From the NCBI GenBank assembly GCA_918797485.1, contig CAKKNE010000002.1, forward strand, positions 2,108,001-2,172,000: 64,000 bases of DNA. Direction: 5' to 3'. Within the stretch, counting starts at the first letter, position 1. Each line of letters opens with the position of its first letter. A program made the translations under genes and the position numbers. Below the pieces are notes generated by a model. That model saw only the letters and a program-made list of their open reading frames with translations. It was not told where the DNA came from and did not search any database. This DNA comes from Pelagomonas calceolata. Its lineage: Eukaryota. Below, piece after piece: positions 1 to 10,703 of the stretch.

Positions 1-2497
1 GCGACTGGCGCGTGTTCGCTTTCAGGTTCGCGAACGTCAAATCGGAGACCAACCACTGCTCGTTGAGTTTCGGGCAGTAGTAGACCCGCAGCGGGCACGC
101 GGGGCCGTCCAACTCCGGTTCTAAGAGAGCGAGTCCATCGGAAGCGACCTGGGCGAGGTCCACTCGTCTTATTTTCAGAAAGACCGCCGCCACGGCCCTG
201 AGATAATTCGTCTCCCGCGAATTGTAGGACTCCGTGTCGTCATCGGCCGCGAAGGCCGCCGCGGCGATGCCCGCCGCCTCGGCCGCCGTCGCCGCCGCCA
301 TCGATTCCACGCGAGCTTTTTGCACGAACTTGTCGTAAGGGAGTTGTGGCCGTAACATGAACCGATCGAGGTACCGTTCCGAGTGCGTCTCGTTCGGGCT
401 CCGCGCCCAGCTCCGTACCTTGAGCAGGTTGTAGGACGGCTCCGACGGGTATTGCGCGTCCACGGCGCCGTCCGCGAGGACGTCGATGATGCGTGCTGTC
501 CGTTTCAACGCGAAGGAGCTCCGTGCCCGTTTTGTGGATGAGGGAAAGTCCCGCATCGTCCGCGGGAAGAGGACGGCGTCCGGTGCGGAAGCGATGCGCG
601 CCGTTTTCAGCGACGCCGTCGGCAGGTCGCTCAGCCGCATCTGCAGTAAAGCCGCAAGCTCGCGCGGGCACCTATCTAGCGTGCGATGGTTCCGCGCGCC
701 ATTGACGGCGTAGTCCGCCACGGGCACGTCGACGAAGCGCGGCGGGCCCAGGCCCGCGCGCGCCGCGACGAGCGAAAACGCGACGTCCGCGCAGCCCTCG
801 ACGGCCTCAATATAAGCGTGGACTTGCGGCGGTAATAAACACCGGTACACGAACAACAACCACGCCGGCACGACCTGCAGGCGCCCCGACGCTAATGAGA
901 AGGTAGAGTCCTCGCCGCCGTTCAGTCCGACCTCGAGACCGTCGTGCGACATAACTAGGGGCGAGGCAATGCCGTTGCCCTCTCGAGCCGCGGCCAGGAG
1001 CGCGTTGAGGGACGACGCCGCCACGACGACGTCGTCGTCGGCGATGAGGACGTGCGACGTCGGGACCTCGAACAGGGCATACCGCCGCGACGGCGCCGCG
1101 AGGGGCCGCCAGAGCGTCGTGACGGCGACGTCGTCTCCTCGCACACTCTGGACGACGCGCCGCGGCGCCGGGTCCGCGAGCGGCGGGCTTGAAGAGTGCC
1201 ACGCGATCACAATTCGTTGTACAATTGTAGCGTTCGCGTAGTGCGCCACGAGCCGCTCCAGAGGTATTTTTGAGCCATCAATAGTATTCAGGACCACGGT
1301 CAATCTATGGGAGATGCGGTCGTGGCCTCTGGTGGCGAAGTGGGCCTGGACGTTTTCACAGGTTCTAGGTCTACATAACGCCAGCGTCGAATTCTGGCAG
1401 AGGGCCACGCCGCACCTTTGGCCTTGAGATGGGAGATGGGCCGCATATCCGACACATCCCAAATGGGCGGCGGCCTCGTCGGCACTGCGCCACCACCGCA
1501 ACCATATTACTGGTGCGTAGCTCCCCACAAAATCTTTGAATGAGGACACCCACCAGGGCTTCGCGCCGCCGCCGAAATGAACTGAAGCGAGGCCGTCTTT
1601 TGGCGGCGCGCCCATGCGCGGGTCCTTCGCCTCGAGCTCCCAGCGCCGTTCTAGACCTTGTACGAGTTTCGCGCCCGCGGGATCATTTAGATGAGACGGC
1701 GCCAGGGCGTACTTCGCATCTAACGAGAGCCAGCCTTCCGTCTCGGTATCAAACCGCGCGTCTTCCGAACGCTCGTCCAGATGGCCTTCCAGGACTTGCG
1801 CTGCACCTACATCATCAAATTGCGCCTCGCTCCTTGTGATAAGATTCTCCATCATGTCGATAGAGGGCTTCAATACTAATAAAGATGAAGATAGACTTCG
1901 AGGGTAGGCGCCCGGCACCGCACCGAGCCGGTCTATTTTAAATAACGTATCGAGCGGCGCGACGACAAACGAGTCCGCGTCCAAATAAATGACACGATCA
2001 AAACCAGATAACCCGAACGCGCGGAAGCGGGCGTAGCGGCAGTGCGTCGCCTCCGTAAAGCCCGGCCAGCGGACGTCCCTAATTCGCCGCGGCTTCACGC
2101 GCGACGGTGCCATCATCCGCAAAATCTCCTCCGGTTGTTTTGATACGCGCGGCGTCAGCAGCGGGATGAGCTGCGCGTCCGTGCCGGATCTTAACAAAGA
2201 CATGAGCAGCACGACGGCCGGGAGCGCGTCGCCATCATCACACAGTACAGTGGAGAAGGCCTTCCTTAACACTTTTGGTGCCTTCGCGTTCGCCTCGCGC
2301 GCGGCTTTGTCGGATGCGGCGGCCTCCTTGACGAAGAGCGGCGCCTTGGTCGTCGTCGCCACGAAGTGCTGGCGCCCGCGGAGCGCCGGGCGGCCCTCAT
2401 CGTCCGTGCGCACGCTCATGGAGTAGAAGACCATCAAGCCGCAGCCGTACACCAGCAGCACGATGAGTGCTAGCGCGGCGACGCTGCGGACGCGCAT
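1..2497 (-). CDS. Type II membrane glycosyltransferase with GT8/glycogenin-like plus GT64/EXTL-like domains (3' end runs off the window)
   Basis: ATG at 2497 (MRVRSVAALALIVLLVYGCGLMVF, signal anchor). The frame matches at position 2; its absence from the ORF track is consistent with no stop inside the window. Motifs RVIYLDADSFV and HFGGGAKPWW (GT8), then VVLNT...IVIAW and HVLIADDDVVV (GT64-like). Confidence 0.75.
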   Translation of the reverse strand, partial: MRVRSVAALALIVLLVYGCGLMVFYSMSVRTDDEGRPALRGRQHFVATTTKAPLFVKEAAASDKAAREANAKAPKVLRKAFSTVLCDDGDALPAVVLLMSLLRSGTDAQLIPLLTPRVSKQPEEILRMMAPSRVKPRRIRDVRWPGFTEATHCRYARFRAFGLSGFDRVIYLDADSFVVAPLDTLFKIDRLGAVPGAYPRSLSSSLLVLKPSIDMMENLITRSEAQFDDVGAAQVLEGHLDERSEDARFDTETEGWLSLDAKYALAPSHLNDPAGAKLVQGLERRWELEAKDPRMGAPPKDGLASVHFGGGAKPWWVSSFKDFVGSYAPVIWLRWWRSADEAAAHLGCVGYAAHLPSQGQRCGVALCQNSTLALCRPRTCENVQAHFATRGHDRISHRLTVVLNTIDGSKIPLERLVAHYANATIVQRIVIAWHSSSPPLADPAPRRVVQSVRGDDVAVTTLWRPLAAPSRRYALFEVPTSHVLIADDDVVVAASSLNALLAAAREGNGIASPLVMSHDGLEVGLNGGEDSTFSLASGRLQVVPAWLLFVYRCLLPPQVHAYIEAVEGCADVAFSLVAARAGLGPPRFVDVPVADYAVNGARNHRTLDRCPRELAALLQMRLSDLPTASLKTARIASAPDAVLFPRTMRDFPSSTKRARSSFALKRTARIIDVLADGAVDAQYPSEPSYNLLKVRSWARSPNETHSERYLDRFMLRPQLPYDKFVQKARVESMAAATAAEAAGIAAAAFAADDDTESYNSRETNYLRAVAAVFLKIRRVDLAQVASDGLALLEPELDGPACPLRVYYCPKLNEQWLVSDLTFANLKANTRQS

Positions 2498-2707
2498 TGT
2501 GCTGTGCTTTTTATCTATCCATGCGGCATCTTAAGCATGCATTTTACCGATGCAACTGCACCGATACAACTGCTGTGCGCGCGCCGCGCGTATGCAGGAT
2601 AACAGGCGAAAAATCGGTGTGAAAAAACGGGTTTTTCGCGGCGTTTGCAGCTCTGCAGACAGTGCCAAGGACACGAAGGATACTTACACGCACACCGGAC
2701 CTCTCCA

Positions 2708-3829
2708 CTACGCCATGGCCGCGGCCGAGGAGGGGTTGTCGCACTCGAAGGACGGCGTGTCGTCGGACGCGAACGTCGCCGCGGCGAGCTCCTTCATGTC
2801 GCGGCGCGTCAGCGACCAGTCGAAGAGCTCGACGTCCTGCTTGAGATGTTCTGGAGAAGACGACTTCGTCACAACGGCCGCGTTGAGCTGCACGAGGTAC
2901 TTGAGAGCGACTTGCGCCGTACTCTTATTGTGGGCCTTGGCGATCTTCGTCGTGAGCGGTCCAGATAATATGTCCGACGAGCCGTGGCCGCCGGACCCAA
3001 TCGGCGAGTAGGCCTGCGAGACGATGCCGCGCGCCGCGTTCATCGCGAGGAAGCCCTGAGGGTCGGGACCCATCCCTACGTGAAGCTGGAACTGGTTGAC
3101 CATCGGCTGCGTTTTAAAGTCCTTGAGGCACTGCAGGCACTGCGTGCAGTAGTTGGAGACGCCGATAGCACTAAACAGGCCCTTCTCGTACGCCTTCACG
3201 GCCGCGGACCACTGCGCCTTGATGGCGTCGCATTCCGTGCAGGAGATCTTCTTGTTCGCGTTGCACAGGGCCATGCCGTCCTTGCCGACCAGACACGGGG
3301 GGAAATGGAGCAGTACTAAGTCGACGTGGCCCTGCAAGTCGTAGCTGCTGTTGAGCAGCGCGTAGTCCTTTTGCAGGTACGACAACGTGGAGCCCTCGCA
3401 GTCCTTTGGGTCGACTCCATTAATTCCGCAGCCAGGCACTTTCGTAGTTATGAATATGTCCTTTCGGGCGAGCTTCGCGGCAGCCGCGCCCGCGGCGAGG
3501 CCCTTGCTCACGCCCGCCTGGTTGCCGTAATCATATGCCGTATCGATGTGCCGAAACCCTGAAGTTAGCGCCGCTTGCACGCTGGCTTCGGCTTCGCCGT
3601 CGTCGTACTGCCATGTGCCCGCGGACATGGTCGGCATGACGAGACCGTTGCGGAGCACCTTGCCCTGCTGATTCTGATTATCGTACCCGCCCGTTCCGGC
3701 AGCGATCGTCGGCATCACCACGCCGTTGCGCAGCGTCTTGTGCGAGGTGGAGCCATCCTGCTCTGTTTGTAGTGCCGCCACCACGCGCGTTGTCGCGAAA
3801 ACGAGGCAGAACAGAGAAGTTTGGGTCAT
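2708..3829 (-). CDS. Aldo-keto reductase with predicted signal peptide
   Basis: GFRHIDTAYDY, IFITTKV, VDLVLLHFP, AIGVSNY, NQFQLH, AYSPIG and KSSSPEHLK motifs; hydrophobic N-terminus. Confidence 0.92.
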   Translation of the reverse strand: MTQTSLFCLVFATTRVVAALQTEQDGSTSHKTLRNGVVMPTIAAGTGGYDNQNQQGKVLRNGLVMPTMSAGTWQYDDGEAEASVQAALTSGFRHIDTAYDYGNQAGVSKGLAAGAAAAKLARKDIFITTKVPGCGINGVDPKDCEGSTLSYLQKDYALLNSSYDLQGHVDLVLLHFPPCLVGKDGMALCNANKKISCTECDAIKAQWSAAVKAYEKGLFSAIGVSNYCTQCLQCLKDFKTQPMVNQFQLHVGMGPDPQGFLAMNAARGIVSQAYSPIGSGGHGSSDILSGPLTTKIAKAHNKSTAQVALKYLVQLNAAVVTKSSSPEHLKQDVELFDWSLTRRDMKELAAATFASDDTPSFECDNPSSAAAMA

Positions 3830-3960
3830 CGCGACGCAAATGCTGGTTCCTTACTCCACAGATCGTGTGCGATACAGCACCACCTAGCTGCTCTCTTGTG
3901 TCGACCTAGTGCATCGACACACTAGAAAGCAGCTCCGCGTCGTAAGTACAAAGAACAACA

Positions 3961-5688
3961 CTAAGAACCCCCTCGCGCAACCTTGTCCGTCGCGGCAACC
4001 GGCTCCGACGAAGCCTCCCTTTCCATCCGCCCGAAGAACGCCGCCGCCGCGTCGCCCCAGTAGCTGATCCCCGGCAGCACCGGCGCCGGCGGCACGCAGC
4101 TCCGCGCCGCGAAGCTGAACTCCTTGCGGACGGCCTCGGGCGTCGGCGGCTGCGTGCAGGTGCGGCCCAGCCTCTCGTCGGCCTTTTCGTCCATGGGCGA
4201 CCGCGCGTTGCCGAAGCTGAACGTGTAGGGGCACTTGCCGGCGCGCCGCGCGCAGGCGTCTCTATATAAAACGCGCACGAAGCTGGACTCGTAGTTGTGC
4301 ACGACGGCGTCGCATGGTGCGGAGAGTTCCAACGACGCGTAGATTCTAGCGAGTTCCCGCGGGCCTCTTCTAAAATGCCCCGAGAGGCGCTCGCCCGATT
4401 TCGACGAGCAGCTCACGTTGCGCGGGACCGGCTTTAGTAAATTGTCCATACCCTCCCGTCGGCAATGCGCAGAAACGATGCCCGTGGCCGGCGCGACGCG
4501 CGCCTTGACGGAGGGGCCCAGGTTTTGCGCGTCCTCGCGCACGTCGCCGTCGTCACTCAACGCGAGGAGCTGGTAGGGTCCCCCCGTGTGGAACAGACCT
4601 TCCAATAACGCCACGGCCTCCGCCGCGTACCGATGGAAGTCCACGACGAAGCTCCGCGTCTTGTGCGTGCGGACCCACCGGTCGTACAGCTTGTCCCCGT
4701 GGCGCATATACACGAACGCACACTTCCCCGTCGACTGCGCGTCTACTAACGACGTATCATCCGCAAAGGGCCGCTTCTCGAGAGCGATGGCCCGTCTCAA
4801 CCGAAACGCGGGCCGGTGCCACAGCGCTTTGTGCAGCAGCGCCAGCCGTCTATCGGAATCCCAGTGCTCGCCGGCGCCCCCGGGGAAGACGAGCTTCGAG
4901 GAGCTCCCGTGGGCGTTCGTGTGGGGCGGACACTTCGCGTGGGACGGCTCCTTGCGGTCGCAGAGGAACACTTCCGCATCGTTCTCCTCGACGGCCACCA
5001 GGGCCCTTCCAGAAAACGCCGACGAGCTCCCCAGCAGTTTTGAGGCTGCGGCGGACGTGGGACCCTGCAGAGCCGCCTCGACTTTCCCATGGGTCCCGCA
5101 ATTATTCCAAGGTAAAAAGAAGCACTCCCAGCGGCCGCGCGCCGCCCCACAAAAGTTCGCGTCGTGGTCGGCCATGTACCAGCCCTTTGTTGACAAAGGG
5201 TGCTGCACGGAAAACCCCCGCCTCAGCGTGTCCATGCCGACGTGGTCGTACTTGTTTAATGTGGCGCCGAGCGTGGCCAGCTGGCCCAGCGTGACGACCT
5301 TTTTACAAGCGTCCGCGCGCTCGAACTGGTGCCGCCGCCACAACTGCGCGAGCTGCACCTCTCTACTATCGTAGCGCAGCTCCACGACATTGCCGCCATC
5401 AAAGGGTTCTCTGGCTATCACATACTCCAAACGCGTCGTCAAAAATCGATCCACAGCCTCCGCCGCGCCCGACGCCGCGTACCAGTCGGCGCCCGTCGTG
5501 ATGTGAGCCGGCGCCGTCGCCGTGAGCGTGGCTTTTACAGAGGCGGCCCGCGCGAGGGCGGCGTCGAGTTCCGGTGCTTTGCAGGTCGTCTCGAAGCCTC
5601 GTGTAGATACGGTCCAGAGCGTCGCATCGCTCGCCGCCGCGCCCAGGGCCGCGGCGGAGCACCACAGCACGCCTCGACGCGCGCGCAT
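3961..5688 (-). CDS. Putative GT23/FUT8-like fucosyltransferase
   Basis: FVYMRHGDK resembles HVRRxDK; LALSDD and LSAPCDAVVHNYESSF resemble GDP-fucose-binding motifs II/III; signal peptide. Confidence 0.6.
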   Translation of the reverse strand: MRARRGVLWCSAAALGAAASDATLWTVSTRGFETTCKAPELDAALARAASVKATLTATAPAHITTGADWYAASGAAEAVDRFLTTRLEYVIAREPFDGGNVVELRYDSREVQLAQLWRRHQFERADACKKVVTLGQLATLGATLNKYDHVGMDTLRRGFSVQHPLSTKGWYMADHDANFCGAARGRWECFFLPWNNCGTHGKVEAALQGPTSAAASKLLGSSSAFSGRALVAVEENDAEVFLCDRKEPSHAKCPPHTNAHGSSSKLVFPGGAGEHWDSDRRLALLHKALWHRPAFRLRRAIALEKRPFADDTSLVDAQSTGKCAFVYMRHGDKLYDRWVRTHKTRSFVVDFHRYAAEAVALLEGLFHTGGPYQLLALSDDGDVREDAQNLGPSVKARVAPATGIVSAHCRREGMDNLLKPVPRNVSCSSKSGERLSGHFRRGPRELARIYASLELSAPCDAVVHNYESSFVRVLYRDACARRAGKCPYTFSFGNARSPMDEKADERLGRTCTQPPTPEAVRKEFSFAARSCVPPAPVLPGISYWGDAAAAFFGRMEREASSEPVAATDKVARGGS

Positions 5689-5953
5689 GGCAGCGTTTTG
5701 TCGCCCTTCGCGGGCAGCCCCTTTTTGCTAGTGTGTCGATACGCTAGTCCATCGACCCGGGCGGGCGGCGCCGCGGAGACACTGGAGCAAGCGTTGCACT
5801 TGTCTAGCTGTATCGACAGCACCACTATATAGCTCACGACAGCGCGGACAGCAACGACAGCAGGGGCGCTCTTGTATTCCACAGCAAAAGCACAGAGACC
5901 CTGCCGCAGCGAGCGCGGCGCTCTCGGCGCGCGGACAGCAAAGCAAAGCACAG

Positions 5954-7986
5954 ATGGCGCCGAGCGAGGCCGCGCTCAACCGCGTGCTCTACGTATTACT
6001 GGTCGTCGTGGGCTACCTTTTTGTTAAAGAGATCCAGCGAGCGTACGAGCGGCGGCAGCAGGCGCTCTGGGACGATCGGTATATAGATGCGGTCCGGTCG
6101 TCGCCGGAGGAGTGGAAGCTCGGGTGGCGGCTCGAGGACCTGGAGTCGAGATTGCATTCGCAGCGGCGCGTCGCCGACGCGCTGGTCGAGGCGGACGGCG
6201 ACGTCCAGCACCTCGTCAGCGCCGTGTCAGGCCACGAGGAGGAGTACCACACGCTCGAGTGCGTCTCGCGGCTGGGGAAACGCGTCCACGTCGGGCCGGA
6301 CGAGTTCCGGGACATGGCAGATAGGTGTCATTTGTTTAGTGGCCTGGACGTGAAGGACGCGCCGGCCGTGGGGCCCCACGAGCTCTTTGAGGTCGTGCCG
6401 CTGGACGACGACGCCGTGGGACTGCGGGCGCTGTCGAACGGCAAATTTGCAAGGGTGAGGGCTCCCGGGGACGAGGCCGCCTGGGACGCGCCCTGGACGG
6501 TGGAGTTCGCCTCGCCGCTGCCCGGGCTGGCCGAGCGGTTTCAATTACGAAACGTGCCGAAGCCGTCGGCGCAGGATGATGTGGTCAAGGCCCAGGACGA
6601 CCCGTGGTCCGGCGTGACGACCACGGAGACCAAGGCCTGGGCGCCCTCATTCAGGATGCTCTACTCGGAGCTCATGCGCGGCTTCATCCAGTGTAATGGT
6701 GGTGGGGTTTCCGAACCGGTGCGCGGCTTTTCGGGGGAAGCGGCGGACGAGTCGCGCGTCGAGTTCCAGTTCAATCTTACAAGAGCGGATGCCGCGACGA
6801 TGGCCAAGGCCCGGGAATTGCTAAGGGCTTCAAAGCATGCCGAGGAGTTGAGAGCCAAGGCCGACGCGAATAGACGAGCCCGTCTCCTGGCCGCCTCGGC
6901 CGAGCGGGGCGAGAAGTTTAGTCTCAAGCCCGGCGAGCGGTTACCGAGACGGGGGCCCTCGGCCCTCGATTCTGGCTCTTTGAAAGTAGCGATAGTGGTC
7001 CCGATGACCTCGCGGGGCACCGACATGGACGGCGTCGAGCAGTCGCCGCTCTGGTTCAATTTGTTTGCGTCGTTCGTCGAGTCCGTAGACTGGCGGAAGA
7101 ACCGCCACACCTTCCACTTCTACCTCGGCTTCGACAAGGGTGATGATTTGTACGACACGGGCGACGCGTGGTCGGAGATGCGGCGCGCGTTCCGGGCCCA
7201 CGCGAAGAAGGCGTTGCGGTGGCTGGGCTACGGCAACTTCACGGTGGCGAGGGTCGCGGACGGTATTGATGGTTCAAAACCGGCCGTCGATTTGACACTG
7301 GTCCATTTCTCGGACACGGCGGGCGCGCCGTCGCAAGCGGTCTCGCAGATGGCGAGGATGGCCGTCGGTGAGGGCGCGGACTACATCTATCAGTTGAACG
7401 ACGACACGATTTTAGTCTCGAAGGACTGGTTGGCGACGGTGTGGAAATCAACATCGTCAGCTCGATGGCGTGGAGCTTCCACGCCGTCGACGCGACGCTG
7501 TCTCCGTAACTCACCGGCTGATTTCCGCGCAGGTTGACGACGTACGTGAAAGCGCTCGAGAACTCGGAACTCGCGCCGAACCTAGGCGTGGCCGGTCCCT
7601 TGGACACGACGAACGAGCGCATTCTGACGCACGCCTTTGTGCACAAAACGCACGTCGAGATCTTCGACGCGTTCTTCCCGGCGACCTTCAAGAACTGGTG
7701 GAGCGACGACTGGATCAGCCAGGTCTACGGGAGAAGGGCGACCTTCGCGCGCAAGGACGTCGTCGTCACGCACAACGTGCAGTCCCAGAAGACGGGCGCG
7801 TGGAACAGATATGATGTGGACCACTCGGCGCAGCACGCGTTGCATTCCGAGGTCCAAAAGGGGTTCGTGACGATCAACGCGTGGCTGCGGGCGCGCGACT
7901 ACCCGAGCATGCCGCTGCCTAGCGTCTGCGGCTACTCGCCGATGATGACGCGGGTCTACGAGCGGCTGATGAAGCGGGGGTTGTAA
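5954..7986 (+). CDS. Type II membrane GT-A-fold glycosyltransferase-like protein; exons 5954-7428 and 7533-7986
   Basis: N-terminal TM segment; AIVVPMTSR, YLGFDKGD, YIYQLNDD and FKNWWSDDWISQVY. Removing intron 7429-7532 joins two ORFs in frame (KDW/LTTYVK; 1929 nt). Confidence 0.75.
7429..7540 (+). mobile_element. Introner 1: element 7437-7532, intron 7429-7532
   Basis: TIRs CGGTGTGGAAATCA / TGATTTCCGCGCAG; TSD GTTGGCGA (7429-7436) / GTTGACGA (7533-7540); GT donor at the start of the TSD. Confidence 0.9.
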
Positions 7987-8099
7987 GAGTGCGTGTGGTT
8001 TCTTGGTTCTTCGTTTTCGGGGCCCGGGATTTAACGCTTGTAATAGTCCCCAAGTAGATTATGATTTTAGATTCACACTTTACTCCACTTTGTGTGTCG

Positions 8100-9200
8100 T
8101 GAGCGGGCATACGTGGTCGCTTCCCGCGTCAGATGCGTATCAACAAGATGAAGCGCATGAGCACTACGAGACTCCTTCGAGGCGCCCTCACGGCGATGGC
8201 GTGGCGTCAATCGTCTTCGAGAGGCCTAGCACGGCCATCGCCGCTAACCCTTCCACCGGAGCTAGCGTAATCGACATACTAGCAAATTCAAAGATACGCC
8301 TCGATAGCGTTAAAAGAATGACCCAAATTCTGAATACATCCTAGTCGTTCGCCGAGACCAAATATTTCAGCGTAGCGGCCCGGGAACATACCCTCGCGCC
8401 TCCCGCAAGGCACCGCCCGCGACATTCGCGGATGAACCTTACGGCTCGCCAAAATACACCAGCGCTTGATGCCGCCATCTACCGTCCAAATGGTACATTA
8501 TATCAACTCCAGCCCAGTTTTCATACACACTCGACGGAACCGGAGCCGACGGCCCGCGCTCGGAGGGCGGGAGAAGAATTCTACTAGACAACTCCCGAGT
8601 TTATGTTGGTTTCCTTCCGTTTGTTAGTGGTAGAGTCCATTTAGGCCGATTGAACACTTACCTATCTATTTTAGATATTCCGTTAGAGCCGCGCGATTCG
8701 ACGAATCCGCGACCCAGCGTTTACACGATGAGGGCATTTTAAGCCGGACCCGCGAGTATCAGCGACGACACCATCCAGATGGACCATAACGCCGTTGTTC
8801 TATTCACGATCGACTGACTTGCCCGTTCTCCGCGGACGACGGTGCGTACGCGGGGCACTGGAAAGGCCCCAGACCCGTGAGTTATGAAATAAATTTGCGT
8901 TTCAGGCGCTTCGGTTACGGGACGGGCCAGGTCACCGGCCTGAACACCTACTACATTGGATTACCTGTCCCATTTACAACTCGCGCCTTGTCCAACTCGC
9001 AACCCCAGCATCTTGCTTATACTGGCGAATTGCTTGGATCTGCGACCATCAGCCCGTGTAACATCACCATGGATCATGACGCGATCATTTGTTCCATGAT
9101 CGACGGACATACGCGAGGTCCAGATCAAGATGTTCACGTCCCGGGCGTGGGCAGTTCAAAGTACCCTTCTCGCGGTGTAGATGCCATATACTTGTAATTG
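8100..9200 (+). pseudogene. Decayed low-GC coding relic of unknown family with an internal ~290-bp duplication
   Basis: Reading frames are broken by stops. Two similar peptides: LNTY...ASISDDTIQMDHNAVVLFTID* and LNTY...ATISPCNITMDHDAIICSMIDG. Confidence 0.45.
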
Positions 9201-9737
9201 ACTATCGGTGGGGTAGTCTGGGGTCCGACGGGACCGCTACGGCGACTACTAGGGGCCCTCGGGTAATTGACGTTTTTTACGGGAACGGGTGCCATCGGGC
9301 CCAAATTGCACACTTTTTTCGGGGGCAGATCGGCTCGCGGACGCCCTCCGGGATAGGTCTGGGGTCATGTGGTCCGCTGGGCCGCATGCGCCGGTGCTTG
9401 GGGCTCCCCAGAGAACTCTGGATCCAAAACTTTGGAGGATCATGGTCCAGAGCAGTGGAGCGCAAAGGACCTGTACTCATTTGTATCCACCGATGGAAGC
9501 GCCCGCGCATGCGGCGTCGGCGTTTGCGCACGTCTAGTACCGACCCTAAGCGGCCCCAGGGACACCTCAGGACCAGGAATCGACAGGATTCCACCGACGC
9601 GCCCACCCTGGTGGCGTCGTCAATATCGCGAATTAAAAAATTATTTTTTTTCGCCCCCAAGGAAGTGTCCCATTGATCTCTTTGGACCAGTAGCGAACCG
9701 AACGATACTCGAAAAGCTGCATGTCGCGTTTGCTATT

Positions 9738-9761
9738 GCTAGTATCTTACATGCCGCCAGC
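9738..9761 (-). promoter_or_regulatory. 24-bp CTAG-bounded motif
   Basis: GCTAGTATCTTACATGCCGCCAGC. Confidence 0.65.
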
Positions 9762-9845
9762 TACCTCCGCAGCGCTGCAGCCGAGCACGGGAGTGAGTGC
9801 GCAGCCGTGAGACGCATCGACGCACACAAAACGCCTAGGCATGCA

Positions 9846-10673
9846 ATGCGGTGCAGCAAGCTAGTCATGTGCGCACTCAGCAGCACTCAAGCCCTCGACG
9901 AGGCACTGGTCCGCAGCGTGCAGTGCTCGAAGCAGGCGCGCAAGGCGCTGGCACGCGGCGACGTGCCGGTCGCGTGGCTCGACGTCACCGCGGCCGACGA
10001 CGCCGTCGCCGAGCGCCTCGCGCCGCTGCTCGCGGGGCCGGCGCGCTGCGCGCACGACGACGACGCCTTCGAGGCGCACAACGCCCGGACGAAGCGGGAG
10101 TTCGTCGAGCTCTTCGCGGGCGACGGCCTCGACCCGGCGAACAACGAGCTCGCGCCGGCCACGGCCGTCGCGGTGGCGCGCGGGCTCGATCTCGACGCCG
10201 CCGACGCGTTCTGCGACCTGGGCTGCTCGGCGGGCGCGCTGACCATGGCCGTCGCCGTGGCGACGGAGGCCCGGCTCGCGCACGGCGTCGAGCTGAGCCC
10301 GCGGGGCACCGAGCGAGCGCTCCTCGCGAAGGAGCGGTGCGGCGACGACCGCGTGGAGTTCTTCCAGGGCGACCTGCGCGACGGCGTCGACCACGCGGCG
10401 TACGACGTCTTTTACTGCGGGATCCGCGGCGTCGCGAGCCGGCCGCGCGTGCTCGGGGACCTCCTCGAGACGCTCTGCGCGCAGGACAAGCCGTACCGCC
10501 TCGTCTGCGCCGGGTTTGGCGTCGACATCCGAGGCCTGTACGGGGATCGCGTCTCGCTCGTACGCGCCACGGTGCTCCGGCGGGCCGGCGCCGGCGCGAG
10601 CTATGCGGACGCGATTCCCCTCTACGGCGAGGGCGAGGGGCCGAGGGTGTTGTTGGAGTATAGTATTACGTAG
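9846..10673 (+). CDS. Class I SAM-dependent methyltransferase (DOT1-like fold)
   Basis: FCDLGCSAG motif I, AHGVELS and VEFFQGDL. Start chosen at ATG 9846, where GC3-rich codon usage begins. Confidence 0.75.
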   Translation: MRCSKLVMCALSSTQALDEALVRSVQCSKQARKALARGDVPVAWLDVTAADDAVAERLAPLLAGPARCAHDDDAFEAHNARTKREFVELFAGDGLDPANNELAPATAVAVARGLDLDAADAFCDLGCSAGALTMAVAVATEARLAHGVELSPRGTERALLAKERCGDDRVEFFQGDLRDGVDHAAYDVFYCGIRGVASRPRVLGDLLETLCAQDKPYRLVCAGFGVDIRGLYGDRVSLVRATVLRRAGAGASYADAIPLYGEGEGPRVLLEYSIT

Positions 10674-10703
10674 TATATTAGACAGGGCACAAAGCGAGCG
10701 AAT

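Noticed and set aside
9369..9845. N-terminal extension of the methyltransferase ORF
   Set aside because: It lacks codon bias, spans A/T tracts and contains the upstream 24-bp motif, so it is likely non-coding.
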